Shown piece by piece: positions 19,801 to 28,453 of a DNA stretch of 50,472 nucleotides; the first letter of the stretch is position 1; each line of letters starts with the position of its first letter. The notes below the pieces were generated by a model. It had not been told where the DNA came from and made no database searches. It was given only the letters and a program-made list of their open reading frames with translations. Position numbers and translations under genes: made by a program. The stretch is from Candidatus Zhuqueibacterota bacterium (lineage in GTDB: Bacteria; BS750m-G25), in assembly GCA_016783505.1 (NCBI GenBank), contig JADHWK010000014.1, positions 1 through 50,472 of the forward strand, in the 5' to 3' direction.

Positions 19801-19829
19801 AAAGCCAACCCTTTGCGGTTGGCTTTTTT
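19801..19829 (+). terminator. Rho-independent terminator
   Basis: AAAGCCAACC-CTTTGC-GGTTGGCTTT followed by a T-run. Confidence 0.85.
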
Positions 19830-19879
19830 AATGCGATAAATGTTGCTGTTCGGGAAACGGTTTGGGATGTTAAAAAAGC

Positions 19880-19908
19880 TTGACTTTTTCCGATTAAAGA
19901 CTTACATT
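19880..19908 (+). promoter_or_regulatory. sigma70-like promoter upstream of the serine protease
   Basis: TTGACT-17-TACATT. Confidence 0.5.
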
Positions 19909-20099
19909 ATTAAAGCAAAAAATCATTATCTTTCCTAGTGCTATACTGCCCCTTGCTGTATAATTAAAGGAAGCAATACGTGAAAAATATCTTACCTTCT
20001 TTCCCCACACATCCCAATAGTTATTCTTATTAACACACACCCAGGTGGTAATTGGGTAGCCTAATATAGGTTAGCCTTAATAAATAACTAGGATAAATT

Positions 20100-20930
20100 A
20101 TGAAGAAATTGTTCATTTTAGTTTTTGCATTCTTTAATGTGATTACCATATTAAGAGCTCAAATCCCCTACCCTGAGCTAATAGAAAAAATAAAACCAAG
20201 TGTGGTTGGTATTGAAGCACATGACGATACATTAATCACTTTTCGAAATGGTGAGTTAAGACAATATCACTCTTACGGTAGTGGTGTCCTCATAGCTATT
20301 GACTCTATAAATACTTATGCTCTAACCAATGAACATGTGATAGCTATAAAAGATTCAAATGGAAAAACTATACGATATGCCAAAGATATAGTTGTTTCGA
20401 TTAATATGACAGATATTGGGGCTTTTCCCTGTAAGGGGAAAATAATTAAGGTAAACGAAGAATTAGATTTAGTTGCGTTGAGTGCTACTTATCCAAGTAA
20501 TATTAAAGAAACACCACTTGTAATAGTTGTTGGGCACGATCTCTGGGAGGAAGAATCAAATTTAAAAGAAGGTGAGGTTGTACTATATTCGGGTTATCCA
20601 TTAAAATGGGGTCGAGGAGAAATTAATTTACCTTTGACTAGGACAGGTATAATTTCACAATTAATACCGGGCAGTCAAACATTTTTAATTGATGCATTTG
20701 TTCAGCCAGGCTATAGTGGTAGTCCAGTTTTTCTACTTCGTAGTAAACCAAATGTTTTACCAGCGCAGTGGTATTTTAAATTTATTGGAATTTGTAAAGC
20801 TTATCCGTATAGTCTAAGTCCAGTATACCAAAAAGTAAAATTCGCTGAAATACCAGATGCATATGTTATTGAAAATCCCGGTTTTTCAGTAGTAATAGGT
20901 ATATCGGCAGTAAAACAGCTATTTAAATAA
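20100..20930 (+). CDS. Secreted trypsin-like (S1/Trypsin_2) serine protease
   Basis: Signal peptide, IKPSVVGI, GSGVLI; catalytic triad TNEHV / LDLVAL / PGYSGSPV. Confidence 0.85.
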   Translation: MKKLFILVFAFFNVITILRAQIPYPELIEKIKPSVVGIEAHDDTLITFRNGELRQYHSYGSGVLIAIDSINTYALTNEHVIAIKDSNGKTIRYAKDIVVSINMTDIGAFPCKGKIIKVNEELDLVALSATYPSNIKETPLVIVVGHDLWEEESNLKEGEVVLYSGYPLKWGRGEINLPLTRTGIISQLIPGSQTFLIDAFVQPGYSGSPVFLLRSKPNVLPAQWYFKFIGICKAYPYSLSPVYQKVKFAEIPDAYVIENPGFSVVIGISAVKQLFK

Positions 20931-20936
20931 AATTTC

Positions 20937-21060
20937 TGTTAACAATCGCATGAAAGGGACTGAAACACGCTACCTCTTTTTAAATTTCTAAGTTTATTTG
21001 AATCTCTTTAATCATTTGAATATCGTTTGTTTTTCAGCCCCTTATGCAAAGGACCTTCTA
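20937..21060 (+). other. Degenerate attC-like site
   Basis: TAAC-AATCGCATGAAAGGGACTGAAA 7 nt after the stop pairs with TTTCAGCCCCTTATGC with bulged bases. The terminal GTT is lost. GTTAGCC lies upstream of the gene at 20070. Confidence 0.55.
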
Positions 21061-21237
21061 TCTGTAATTTAACCCCATCCGCTTCAAAAGTGAACTTGAT
21101 ATATAGATTACAGTGGCCTGTAAACCTCGCTAAATGTGGGGTTTTTTGTTTAACAGTCAATATAACCCAAAAAACACTTGAAATTAAAACAAAAATTTTG
21201 TATCTTGAAATATATAGAAAGAAGAAGGGAAGATAGT

Positions 21238-22923
21238 ATGGCAACTCCGCTTCAGGAACCAATAAAGGCTAAGCCTCATTCTCCTGCTTATATGATGCAC
21301 AAGTTTTGGGCACGACGTCCTCATAATGTCTTCAGAGAGCTAATAGCTAGCCATACTAAACCTGGGGATACCATTTTGGACCCATTTTGCGGTGGTGGGG
21401 TGACTGTTGTTGAGGGACTTCAGATACGCCGGAAGGTCATAGGTATTGACATCAACCTGTTAGCTACCTATGTGACGGAGATGGAAGTTACTTCTGTAAA
21501 TTTGGATGAGCTTTATCTTGCTTACGAATCTTTGTGTCAGGATATTCGAGCCGAAATTTTAGAATTATATAAGACTAAATGTCGCAAGTGTGGGCAAGGA
21601 GCTGTATGTGACTGGATTGAATGGAAAGAGCAGAAACCGATTAAACTTGCCTATACCTGCTCTTTCTGTGGAGCTAAGGAAGAGGTGTTTCCTTGTGAAA
21701 AAGACGAATCCATTGCCCTAACCGTTGATAGAGATTTTGAGCAAAGGATAAAAACCGGAGCGTTGTGGTTCCCAGGCGACCGAATTCCTGATGGCGACAA
21801 GACTGATGGATTGATTAAGGGTGGAGTTACTCATTTTCAACAATTATTTACCAAGAGAAATCTGCTGGCATTAGCGCTTTTGTGGAAGAGTATTGATAAG
21901 GTTCATAATACGGAGTCTCGTAATTTTCTTCGGTTTGTCCTTAGTAGTTCTCTTAAGTGGGCAAGCCGTCAAAGTCATAGACGAGGAAATATTATCGAAG
22001 GTTGGGCAATGCATGCTTATTGGCTTTATCCTGTAGAACTGGAAATTAATGTGTGGAATACATTTGCAAGGCGTTTTACAGCTATAGTCAGAGGCAAGCA
22101 GTTTACCAATGAAATGATAGGTCAGTATTATCAGAGAGCCAAGTCTTTCGAAGATATAGTGAATGGTCAAGCAACATGTTTGATTCTTACCCAATCTTCA
22201 ACCTCATTACCCATTGGAGATGGTAGAGTTGACGCCGTTATCACTGATCCACCTTACGGTGGCAATGTAAACTACGGGGAGCTTGCTGATTATTGGAGTG
22301 TGTGGCATCGCTTCAATGGTAGTGGACTCACCGAGAAATCTGAAGAGGTAATTATCAATAAGCACCAACGAAAACGCCTGTTAGACTATAAGGAGTTACT
22401 GGAGAAGGTTTTTTCTGAGTGCTATAGAGTATTGAAACCGAATAGTGTTGCTGTAGTAACCTTCAACAATAGGGACTTAGGCATTGTTGCTGCTTTTGTT
22501 CGAGCTGTTACCAGGGCTGGATTTAACCTCCACCCCGAGGGTTTGCTCTATCAGCCGCCCATAAGGGCTTACACCACTACCTTTCACGCCAAAGAGTTAG
22601 GGTCCTTCACTGGAGATTTCATTTTCACACTTTACAAAGAGAACCATCATCCTGTCTATGGGGGGACTAACCATAATACTATCAAACAAAAAGTTGAGCA
22701 GGCAATCTCAGAGTTTCTGCATTGCCGAGAATTACACCGACACACACAAGCTGACCTTAGACAACAGTTATACCGGATTTTAATTCCGTTTTTGGCTACA
22801 TATACAGGTCGTAACGATGACACTTATTGGAATGTGGTTCGAGAACTGGGACAGCAACTTAGGTCTTTGGACAAGCTTTTACCAGAGATTAAAGTGTGGT
22901 GTCGCAACCGCTACCGTTATTAA
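21238..22923 (+). CDS. Amino (N6A/N4C) DNA methyltransferase with Zn-ribbon insertion
   Basis: HKFWARRP, motif I LDPFCGGG, CRKC..CSFC, motif IV TDPPY, RVLKP..V.TF. The ATG at 21238 follows AAGGGAAG (the ORF track starts at 21178). Confidence 0.9.
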   Translation: MATPLQEPIKAKPHSPAYMMHKFWARRPHNVFRELIASHTKPGDTILDPFCGGGVTVVEGLQIRRKVIGIDINLLATYVTEMEVTSVNLDELYLAYESLCQDIRAEILELYKTKCRKCGQGAVCDWIEWKEQKPIKLAYTCSFCGAKEEVFPCEKDESIALTVDRDFEQRIKTGALWFPGDRIPDGDKTDGLIKGGVTHFQQLFTKRNLLALALLWKSIDKVHNTESRNFLRFVLSSSLKWASRQSHRRGNIIEGWAMHAYWLYPVELEINVWNTFARRFTAIVRGKQFTNEMIGQYYQRAKSFEDIVNGQATCLILTQSSTSLPIGDGRVDAVITDPPYGGNVNYGELADYWSVWHRFNGSGLTEKSEEVIINKHQRKRLLDYKELLEKVFSECYRVLKPNSVAVVTFNNRDLGIVAAFVRAVTRAGFNLHPEGLLYQPPIRAYTTTFHAKELGSFTGDFIFTLYKENHHPVYGGTNHNTIKQKVEQAISEFLHCRELHRHTQADLRQQLYRILIPFLATYTGRNDDTYWNVVRELGQQLRSLDKLLPEIKVWCRNRYRY

Positions 22924-22946
22924 AAAGTTTACGGAAAGGAGAGGTA

Positions 22947-23462
22947 ATGGCCAGAAGAGGTAATTTGAACCGATTTCAAGTTGGGAGGGCAGGCAGAGAG
23001 AAAAGGTTGCGTCCACTTTTCTGCAACGAAGTCAACAAATTCCTCAAAGATTTTCATTTTGAGGTTTTTGAGAAAGTTGGACCTGACTACATGGTGTTAA
23101 GGGGTCAAGAAACTGTGGTCTTTTTTGAAGCTGAGTTCCCAACGGAAGGTAGGTGGCCTTTAGGAGGCGAATTTAGATACGATACCATCAGATGGCCCTT
23201 GAGGAAATGGGAGCATTATTGTGAGAAAACACAACAGCCTGGTTTCTATGATGGAAAGCCACTTTTCCTGATAAGCATTAGAGGTGATTTGAAAGATGCG
23301 TATTATATCGATGCGCTAACTTGGTGTCAGAAGTCAAACATAGAATATGTTAGAAACTCTGTTTTTCGTGGGTTTCCCAAGACTTACCCTGAAATGGGGA
23401 GGGGCATTGAAAAAATCGAGAAATACTTTCTGGATAGGCTAAAAAAAGTTTATGAACTTTAA
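22947..23462 (+). CDS. Putative PD-(D/E)xK-like nuclease (candidate restriction endonuclease)
   Basis: Directly follows the MTase with an AGGAGAGG RBS; GPDY...FFEAE motif (variant E-x-E). Confidence 0.45.
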   Translation: MARRGNLNRFQVGRAGREKRLRPLFCNEVNKFLKDFHFEVFEKVGPDYMVLRGQETVVFFEAEFPTEGRWPLGGEFRYDTIRWPLRKWEHYCEKTQQPGFYDGKPLFLISIRGDLKDAYYIDALTWCQKSNIEYVRNSVFRGFPKTYPEMGRGIEKIEKYFLDRLKKVYEL

Positions 23463-23506
23463 CTGCAATGATAATTCGGGGTTGAATCTGAGTTTGTAAA
23501 AAAGTA

Positions 23507-23671
23507 TTAGAGAGTTTCAACGGCTTCTTCGAGTTCTTCTCGTGAAGCCTGTGTATAGATTCCGGTAGATGCAAGAGAGGCGTGGCCCAGGAGTTTTTGT
23601 ATAACTTCGGTGTCCACGCCTTTTTTTCGTAGGTTCATTGCAAAGGTATGACGTAGTGAGTGAATTTGGTG
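23507..23671 (-). pseudogene. C-terminal fragment of a tyrosine recombinase
   Basis: The minus strand reads HQIHSLRHTFAMNLRKKGVDTEVIQKLLGHASLASTGIYTQASREELEEAVETL* (HxLRH, LGH, catalytic Y). The N-terminus is missing. Not in the ORF track. Confidence 0.9.
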
Positions 23672-23911
23672 TCAGACACAATGATAAACCCAAAGATTTC
23701 ACCCCGATCCCGAATCATCGGGAGAAGGGTCTCAACAGGAAAGCGAGTTGCTTACCCCAATCAGTCCGCCGTCAGTCGACTACCTGACTGACCTGACCGA
23801 TTCCCCGAAAAATGCCAAAATTCTTCCTGACCGGTCCCTAGAGGGGTCACTGACAGGTTGGACCCAGGAAACGGTCTTGGTGTTCGGCTTCGTTTTGACA
23901 ACATTTTTTCC

Positions 23912-23940
23912 TTGACATTAGAGAAAAAACTTATTAACTT
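23912..23940 (+). promoter_or_regulatory. sigma70-like promoter upstream of the tRNA-Phe relic
   Basis: TTGACA-17-TAACTT. Confidence 0.45.
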
Positions 23941-24034
23941 AAATGGGTAAAATTCTTGCTATAAAGAAAACTTCTCATAAAGCCAGCAATTCAATTAACC
24001 AAACATTATTTCAAGACTTAGCGGAATAGTTAGA

Positions 24035-24070
24035 GCCGGGGTAGCTCAGTCGGTAGACCGAGTGACTGAA
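24035..24070 (+). pseudogene. Degenerate 5' half of a tRNA-Phe(GAA), probably a relic att site
   Basis: GCCGGGGTAGCTCAGTCGGTAGA-CCGAGTGACTGAA matches the acceptor 5' strand, D arm and anticodon loop CTGAA of bacterial tRNA-Phe. No 3' half. Confidence 0.7.
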
Positions 24071-24084
24071 TATAATAAACATTG

Positions 24085-24108
24085 GCCCTTTTTTGAAAGG
24101 GCTTTTTT
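24085..24108 (+). terminator. Terminator-like hairpin after the tRNA-Phe fragment
   Basis: GCCCTTT-TTTG-AAAGGGC followed by TTTTTT. Confidence 0.6.
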
Positions 24109-24377
24109 AGTTTCAGTGTTGAACTTTTCAAGAATAAAGTCGTTTGCGGATCCTGATCAATATGCAGTAGAATTTTAGTTGTTAAAAAAGCCCACCTATA
24201 TTTCCCCCCATAAGCTCTTCAAAATTGCCCCCACAAGTTTATCTCAAAGACAATTTAAGAAATATCTACTACACCCAACCCCCTGTTTACGAGTTTTGGG
24301 GTGGGGCACTATGGGGTTTTGAAATTTTTTATGCAAACTAGTGCAAACTCTAGGAAACCAGTGAAAATAGAACGTCA

Positions 24378-24830
24378 GTAAAAAAAACTTGATTTTTAAA
24401 AATATATTTCTTATATTAGAAAGGAAACAGTTTTGAGGGTGCATATAGTTTAGTTTATCAGCAAATCATTTAATATAAACCCAGGGCCGCGATGAGGAAT
24501 GACTCTGGGTTTTTTTTTAAATAAATCGTGATTAAAAAAAAACTTGATTTTTTAAAAAATATTTCTTACATTAAATAGCAAATAGTTATAAGGGTGCATA
24601 TAGTTTAGTTTATCAGTAAATCACTTAATATAAACCCAGGGCCGCAATGAGGAATGACTCTGGGTTTTTATTTTTTTAAAATAAAACGTGATTTATAAAA
24701 AACTTGATTTTTTAAAAAATATTTCTTAGATTGAAAAAGATATAGTTTTAAGGATGCATATAGTTTAGTTTATTAGTAAATCATTTAATATAAACCCGGG
24801 GCCGCAATAATGAATGGCTCTAGGTTTTTA
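24378..24830 (+). repeat. Three tandem ~155-160 bp units, each a promoter + ~90-nt transcribed region + terminator hairpin (candidate sRNA array)
   Basis: TTGATT-17-TA(T/C/G)ATT at 24389, 24544 and 24704; conserved TGCATATAGTTTAGTTTAT..TAATATAAACCC; hairpins AAACCC(A/G)GGGCC-GCRAT..AAT-G(A/G)CTCT(G/A)GGTTT plus U-tract at 24477, 24632 and 24792. Confidence 0.85.
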
Positions 24831-24847
24831 ATTATTAGGAGGTCTCA

Positions 24848-24960
24848 ATGGTGAAGATGATACTGGGAAAAGAAGAAGCCGAGAAATTACTTGGTATATC
24901 AACACGTAAGGTTTTGGATCTAGCGTGAGCAAGAATCTTCCTACCTTCAAAATCAGTATA
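24848..24960 (+). pseudogene. Truncated paralog of the excisionase-like gene
   Basis: AGGAGG RBS, then MVKMILGKEEAEKLLGISTRKVLDLA* (TGA 24926), versus MEKRILGKEEAARLLGISTRKVLDLAR at 25834. Residual LPTFKIS homology follows in another frame. Confidence 0.85.
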
Positions 24961-25008
24961 AAGAATTTTAATCTGTTTTGACAAAGTCAGGTTGTAAAGA
25001 GGTGAGTC

Positions 25009-25692
25009 ATGGAGTACAAATTCGGCACAATCTTTCCGCTTGATGAACTTATTTCGAAGTCGAATAAAAGATTAAATGAATTATTAAAGCCAAAAACCGA
25101 AGAGGAAGAAGTACGCAAGGTAATGTTAAATGTTTACCGTAGAAATGCAAGACCTTTTATGTATGAAGCTGTTGCACCAGAGTTGGAGAAAGGTAATTTA
25201 AAACCATTTTATCAAATGATAAAAGAGCACCCCATATGGCTAAGTGAAGAATGGGTTATTGATATCCTCTGTAAATGGAGGAATGAATTTATAGAGGCTT
25301 TGAAATTAGATGATGAAGAAAAAGATAAAGAAAAAAAGATCAAAGAGTTAAAAAAACGTTTCCGAAGAATCGGGGGTTCTTTATGGCCTAATCCAAAGAA
25401 AATATTAGATGGATTATCTGGAGACATCATTGATAAATTGTATCGCGACTATAAGGATAAAATGAATTTGTATAGAAGAATCAAGAGAAGTTTAAAGAGA
25501 AGGTGCAAGAACCCCAAGAAAATTCCTCCTAGCCTTGTTAAATCATTATCTTTTGAATATGAAGTGCCCGAGGATGAAATATTGAAATCACAAAAAAAGT
25601 CTCCCTATAAGCTTGCTTTGGAAATAATAGCAAAAGATCATCATAAATCTGGCGAGACTATTAGAGGATACTTCAAAAGAATTATGGAATAG
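25009..25692 (+). CDS. Hypothetical basic protein with possible C-terminal HTH
   Basis: 227-aa ORF with GAGGTG RBS; the C-terminal YKLALEIIAKDHHKSGETIRGYFKR is helix-turn-helix-like. Confidence 0.6.
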   Translation: MEYKFGTIFPLDELISKSNKRLNELLKPKTEEEEVRKVMLNVYRRNARPFMYEAVAPELEKGNLKPFYQMIKEHPIWLSEEWVIDILCKWRNEFIEALKLDDEEKDKEKKIKELKKRFRRIGGSLWPNPKKILDGLSGDIIDKLYRDYKDKMNLYRRIKRSLKRRCKNPKKIPPSLVKSLSFEYEVPEDEILKSQKKSPYKLALEIIAKDHHKSGETIRGYFKRIME

Positions 25693-25778
25693 GCTAAAAA
25701 TGGTTACGAAATAGACAAAATTGTTAACCATTTGAAAACATCATTTTTATAGCTTTTCAGCTCTACATTATTTAAATT

Positions 25779-25816
25779 AAACCCGGGGCCGCAATAATTA
25801 ATAGCCCTGGGTTTTT
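25779..25816 (+). promoter_or_regulatory. Fourth copy of the GCCGCRAT hairpin, in the excisionase leader (attenuator-like)
   Basis: AAACCCGGGGCC-GCAATAATTAAT-AGCCCTGGGTTTTT, immediately before AGGAGG and ATG 25834. Confidence 0.7.
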
Positions 25817-25833
25817 ATTTTTAGGAGGTCTTA

Positions 25834-26028
25834 ATGGAAAAGCGTATACTGGGAAAAGAAGAAGCAGCTCGATTACTGGGTATTTCTACGCGCAAGGTTC
25901 TAGATTTGGCTAGGGCGAAAAGAATCCCAAGTTTTAAGATTGGTAAAGCGGTAAAATTTGATATTCGTGACATTGAAATGTGGATTGTCGGTCTTAAGGA
26001 AAGCAATAAAAATTCAGTGTTACTCTAA
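25834..26028 (+). CDS. Excisionase-like HTH_17 DNA-binding protein
   Basis: 64 aa; EEAARLLGIS..V..L....IPSFKIG..V.F...DI..W. Confidence 0.85.
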   Translation: MEKRILGKEEAARLLGISTRKVLDLARAKRIPSFKIGKAVKFDIRDIEMWIVGLKESNKNSVLL

Positions 26029-26385
26029 AGGTTTTTTAATTTCTCATTCTTTTATGTACACCGGATTATCATTTCATGTCGAATATTCTTAGAACCCTGG
26101 TGAGAAGGTATAAAGGACGTTACAACTCCTTGTAATTTAAAAAGATGTTTCTTTATGTATGGTGTATTCTTAATGATAAGTTTTATGTATTTGGGGACTT
26201 GGGATGAATTGTAATATTTCGTAACCTAATGTTCTATTTTTAATCAAATTGTAACATTAAATTAGAAATTATGTATAACTCTTTGCAAAATAACTTTGGG
26301 TTAGTTGACCAAAAGATGATACATAAAATGTAAAAGAATGTATCGATATTTAGCATTCTGTATTATGGTGTAGTTAGTTGAATTT

Positions 26386-28107
26386 ATGTTTATGTGGTTA
26401 AGATTGGAGGATGGGACAATGAAATTTACAAATTTACTTGAGGTATTCGAAGAATATTTTGATCGTCATCCGGAATCCACTAGTAGAAGAAGCATGACCA
26501 AAACATCGCTGGTATACACTGCCCGGGCGTTTGGCGTTGTTTCACCTGCAGATATTAAAGTAGAATGCTTAGGATCCGCGCCTAAAAAACTCAAGGAACA
26601 CTTGCTAGCCATAGATGGGAAATTGTCAAAGAACTCTATTCGTAACTACATTAGTTTTCTGAATCGCCTAATTAATGATTCAACAACTGAGGGCATTATT
26701 TCAAAAATGGAGTGGGAAGATGAATTGTCGAAGATGTGGAAAAGAATATTTAATTCATTAGAGTCTGATACATCATGTGGTTCCTATAAGTGGGGATTTA
26801 GCAAGTTGATGCAGTGGTCAATCAATCATAAATTACATCCAGCAGATCTTTCTAAGGATGACCTATCTAAATTTTGGGAATATTTAAAATCTTTAAGAAT
26901 TTGTATATGGAACTATGCTTATTGGGGTGCAAGAAAATGGTGGCTAAAAGGCCTTGAAAAAGGAATCTTACCTCCACTTGAATTTCCCCATATGTCTTCT
27001 GTTAACAAGTCATACCGGGTGGAAAAGAAAGCTTGGAGCAATCAACTTAAAGGTGAATATCATGACTACCTTAAATGGGTTACTAAAGAGAACAACCCAG
27101 ATCGACCTAGAAAATGTAATCAGAGAAAAATTACCCAAAAAATTGTTTTGGCAACATTTCAGAGAATTGTTGGATATCTTCATAATATAAAAGGAATTCC
27201 CCTTGAAGATATTTCTTTTAAAACAATTTTTAACAAAAACAACATATTAGACATGTTAGAATGGCTGAAACAGCGATTGGGTAAATCGAGTCGATCACAC
27301 ACGATGATCATAAATAGTTTATCAACTATTTCATATCACTATTTAAAATCAGACAACAAAGAGTGGTTCACTAACCTAAGAAACGCTTATCCAAGTGGTC
27401 CTGTTAAAGACAAAAGAGATAGAATGGTGACTTGGAAAGATTTGAATAGGGTAATTGATGGAATAGATAGTGAAATTCATAAGGCGGTAAGTCAGAAAAC
27501 TAGAAAGAAATCTCAAAACTCACCATATGTCCCAGTTCTTTTCCGGAATAAGCTTATGTTTGTTTTATTGGTTTACCGTGGCTTAAGGCAGAGAAATATC
27601 AGGGAATGCAAATATGAAAATAATGTTTGGAAAGATTCTGAAGGCATATGGAGAATAAAATTTGAGGGTCAAGAAACTAAAACTGGAAACAAAATTATTT
27701 TTCAATTTCCTCCCAAGTTTGTTACTGTATTGGAAGAATACATTGATAAGTATAGACCAGTCTTAATTAAAAATACTAATACAGACTTATTATTTCCCAG
27801 CCGAAATGGAAAGGAGCTACCCTGTACTTCAGTTATCAGGTTAATTAAAGGATTATGTCATAAACATTTAGGTAAAGATATCAATCCACATTTATTTAGA
27901 GATATCTTAGCTACGAGTTATATATTGGAGAACCCAAAGGATTATTTGACGGTTAGCAAAATCTTGGGTCATAGTAATATAAATACAACGCTAAAAATGT
28001 ATTCTCATTTTGAATGTGCTAATGCAGCAGAAGCTTTCGACAAATTCTTTGATTCAAGTATGAAAAATAAATCTCAGGATAATAACGGTGAAATTGAAGA
28101 AAGTTAA
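26386..28107 (+). CDS. Large tyrosine recombinase (573 aa) with extended N-terminal region
   Basis: GLRQRNI (R), ETKTG (K), NPHLFRD (HxxR), ILGH, and KMY (catalytic Y). The real start may be ATG 26419 after GGAGG. Confidence 0.88.
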   Translation: MFMWLRLEDGTMKFTNLLEVFEEYFDRHPESTSRRSMTKTSLVYTARAFGVVSPADIKVECLGSAPKKLKEHLLAIDGKLSKNSIRNYISFLNRLINDSTTEGIISKMEWEDELSKMWKRIFNSLESDTSCGSYKWGFSKLMQWSINHKLHPADLSKDDLSKFWEYLKSLRICIWNYAYWGARKWWLKGLEKGILPPLEFPHMSSVNKSYRVEKKAWSNQLKGEYHDYLKWVTKENNPDRPRKCNQRKITQKIVLATFQRIVGYLHNIKGIPLEDISFKTIFNKNNILDMLEWLKQRLGKSSRSHTMIINSLSTISYHYLKSDNKEWFTNLRNAYPSGPVKDKRDRMVTWKDLNRVIDGIDSEIHKAVSQKTRKKSQNSPYVPVLFRNKLMFVLLVYRGLRQRNIRECKYENNVWKDSEGIWRIKFEGQETKTGNKIIFQFPPKFVTVLEEYIDKYRPVLIKNTNTDLLFPSRNGKELPCTSVIRLIKGLCHKHLGKDINPHLFRDILATSYILENPKDYLTVSKILGHSNINTTLKMYSHFECANAAEAFDKFFDSSMKNKSQDNNGEIEES

Positions 28108-28136
28108 GCCAACTCATATCATTAAAGAGGTGAATT

Positions 28137-28388
28137 ATGGATTGCCCATATTGCCAAGGGAAAACCCAAACAATCAGAAGTCTAAATCAAGGACCTTGGA
28201 GATCCAGGAAGCGTAGATGTTTCGATTGTAATTGTGAATTTAATACGATTGAAGCTCCGATTGATTGTTTGAAATCGAATCGTTTAAAGTCCGACAGAGC
28301 ATTTTCCGAAATGTTCGATCTTGCATTGAGTACAAACCTTGAAGTATTAAGGCCTCTGTTTGAGACTGATTTTTTAAAATTACAATAA
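28137..28388 (+). CDS. Small zinc-ribbon protein resembling the NrdR N-terminal/Ogr-Delta-like ribbon
   Basis: MDCPYCQ..T....S......RKRRCFDCNCEFNTIE; GAGGTG RBS. Confidence 0.7.
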   Translation: MDCPYCQGKTQTIRSLNQGPWRSRKRRCFDCNCEFNTIEAPIDCLKSNRLKSDRAFSEMFDLALSTNLEVLRPLFETDFLKLQ

Positions 28389-28453
28389 ACCAAATCCTTA
28401 GAAAAACATATTGCTAATCAGGAATTTTATTATTATATTTACAGAGGTAGTAA

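Noticed and set aside
23517-23702. 61-aa minus-strand ORF in the ORF track
   Set aside because: Wrong frame; the real signal is the integrase fragment at 23507-23671.
24378-24830. CRISPR array or type III toxin-antitoxin repeat array
   Set aside because: Units are ~155 bp with no unique spacers, each has its own promoter and terminator, and no cas or recognisable ToxN/CptN/TenpN gene is adjacent.
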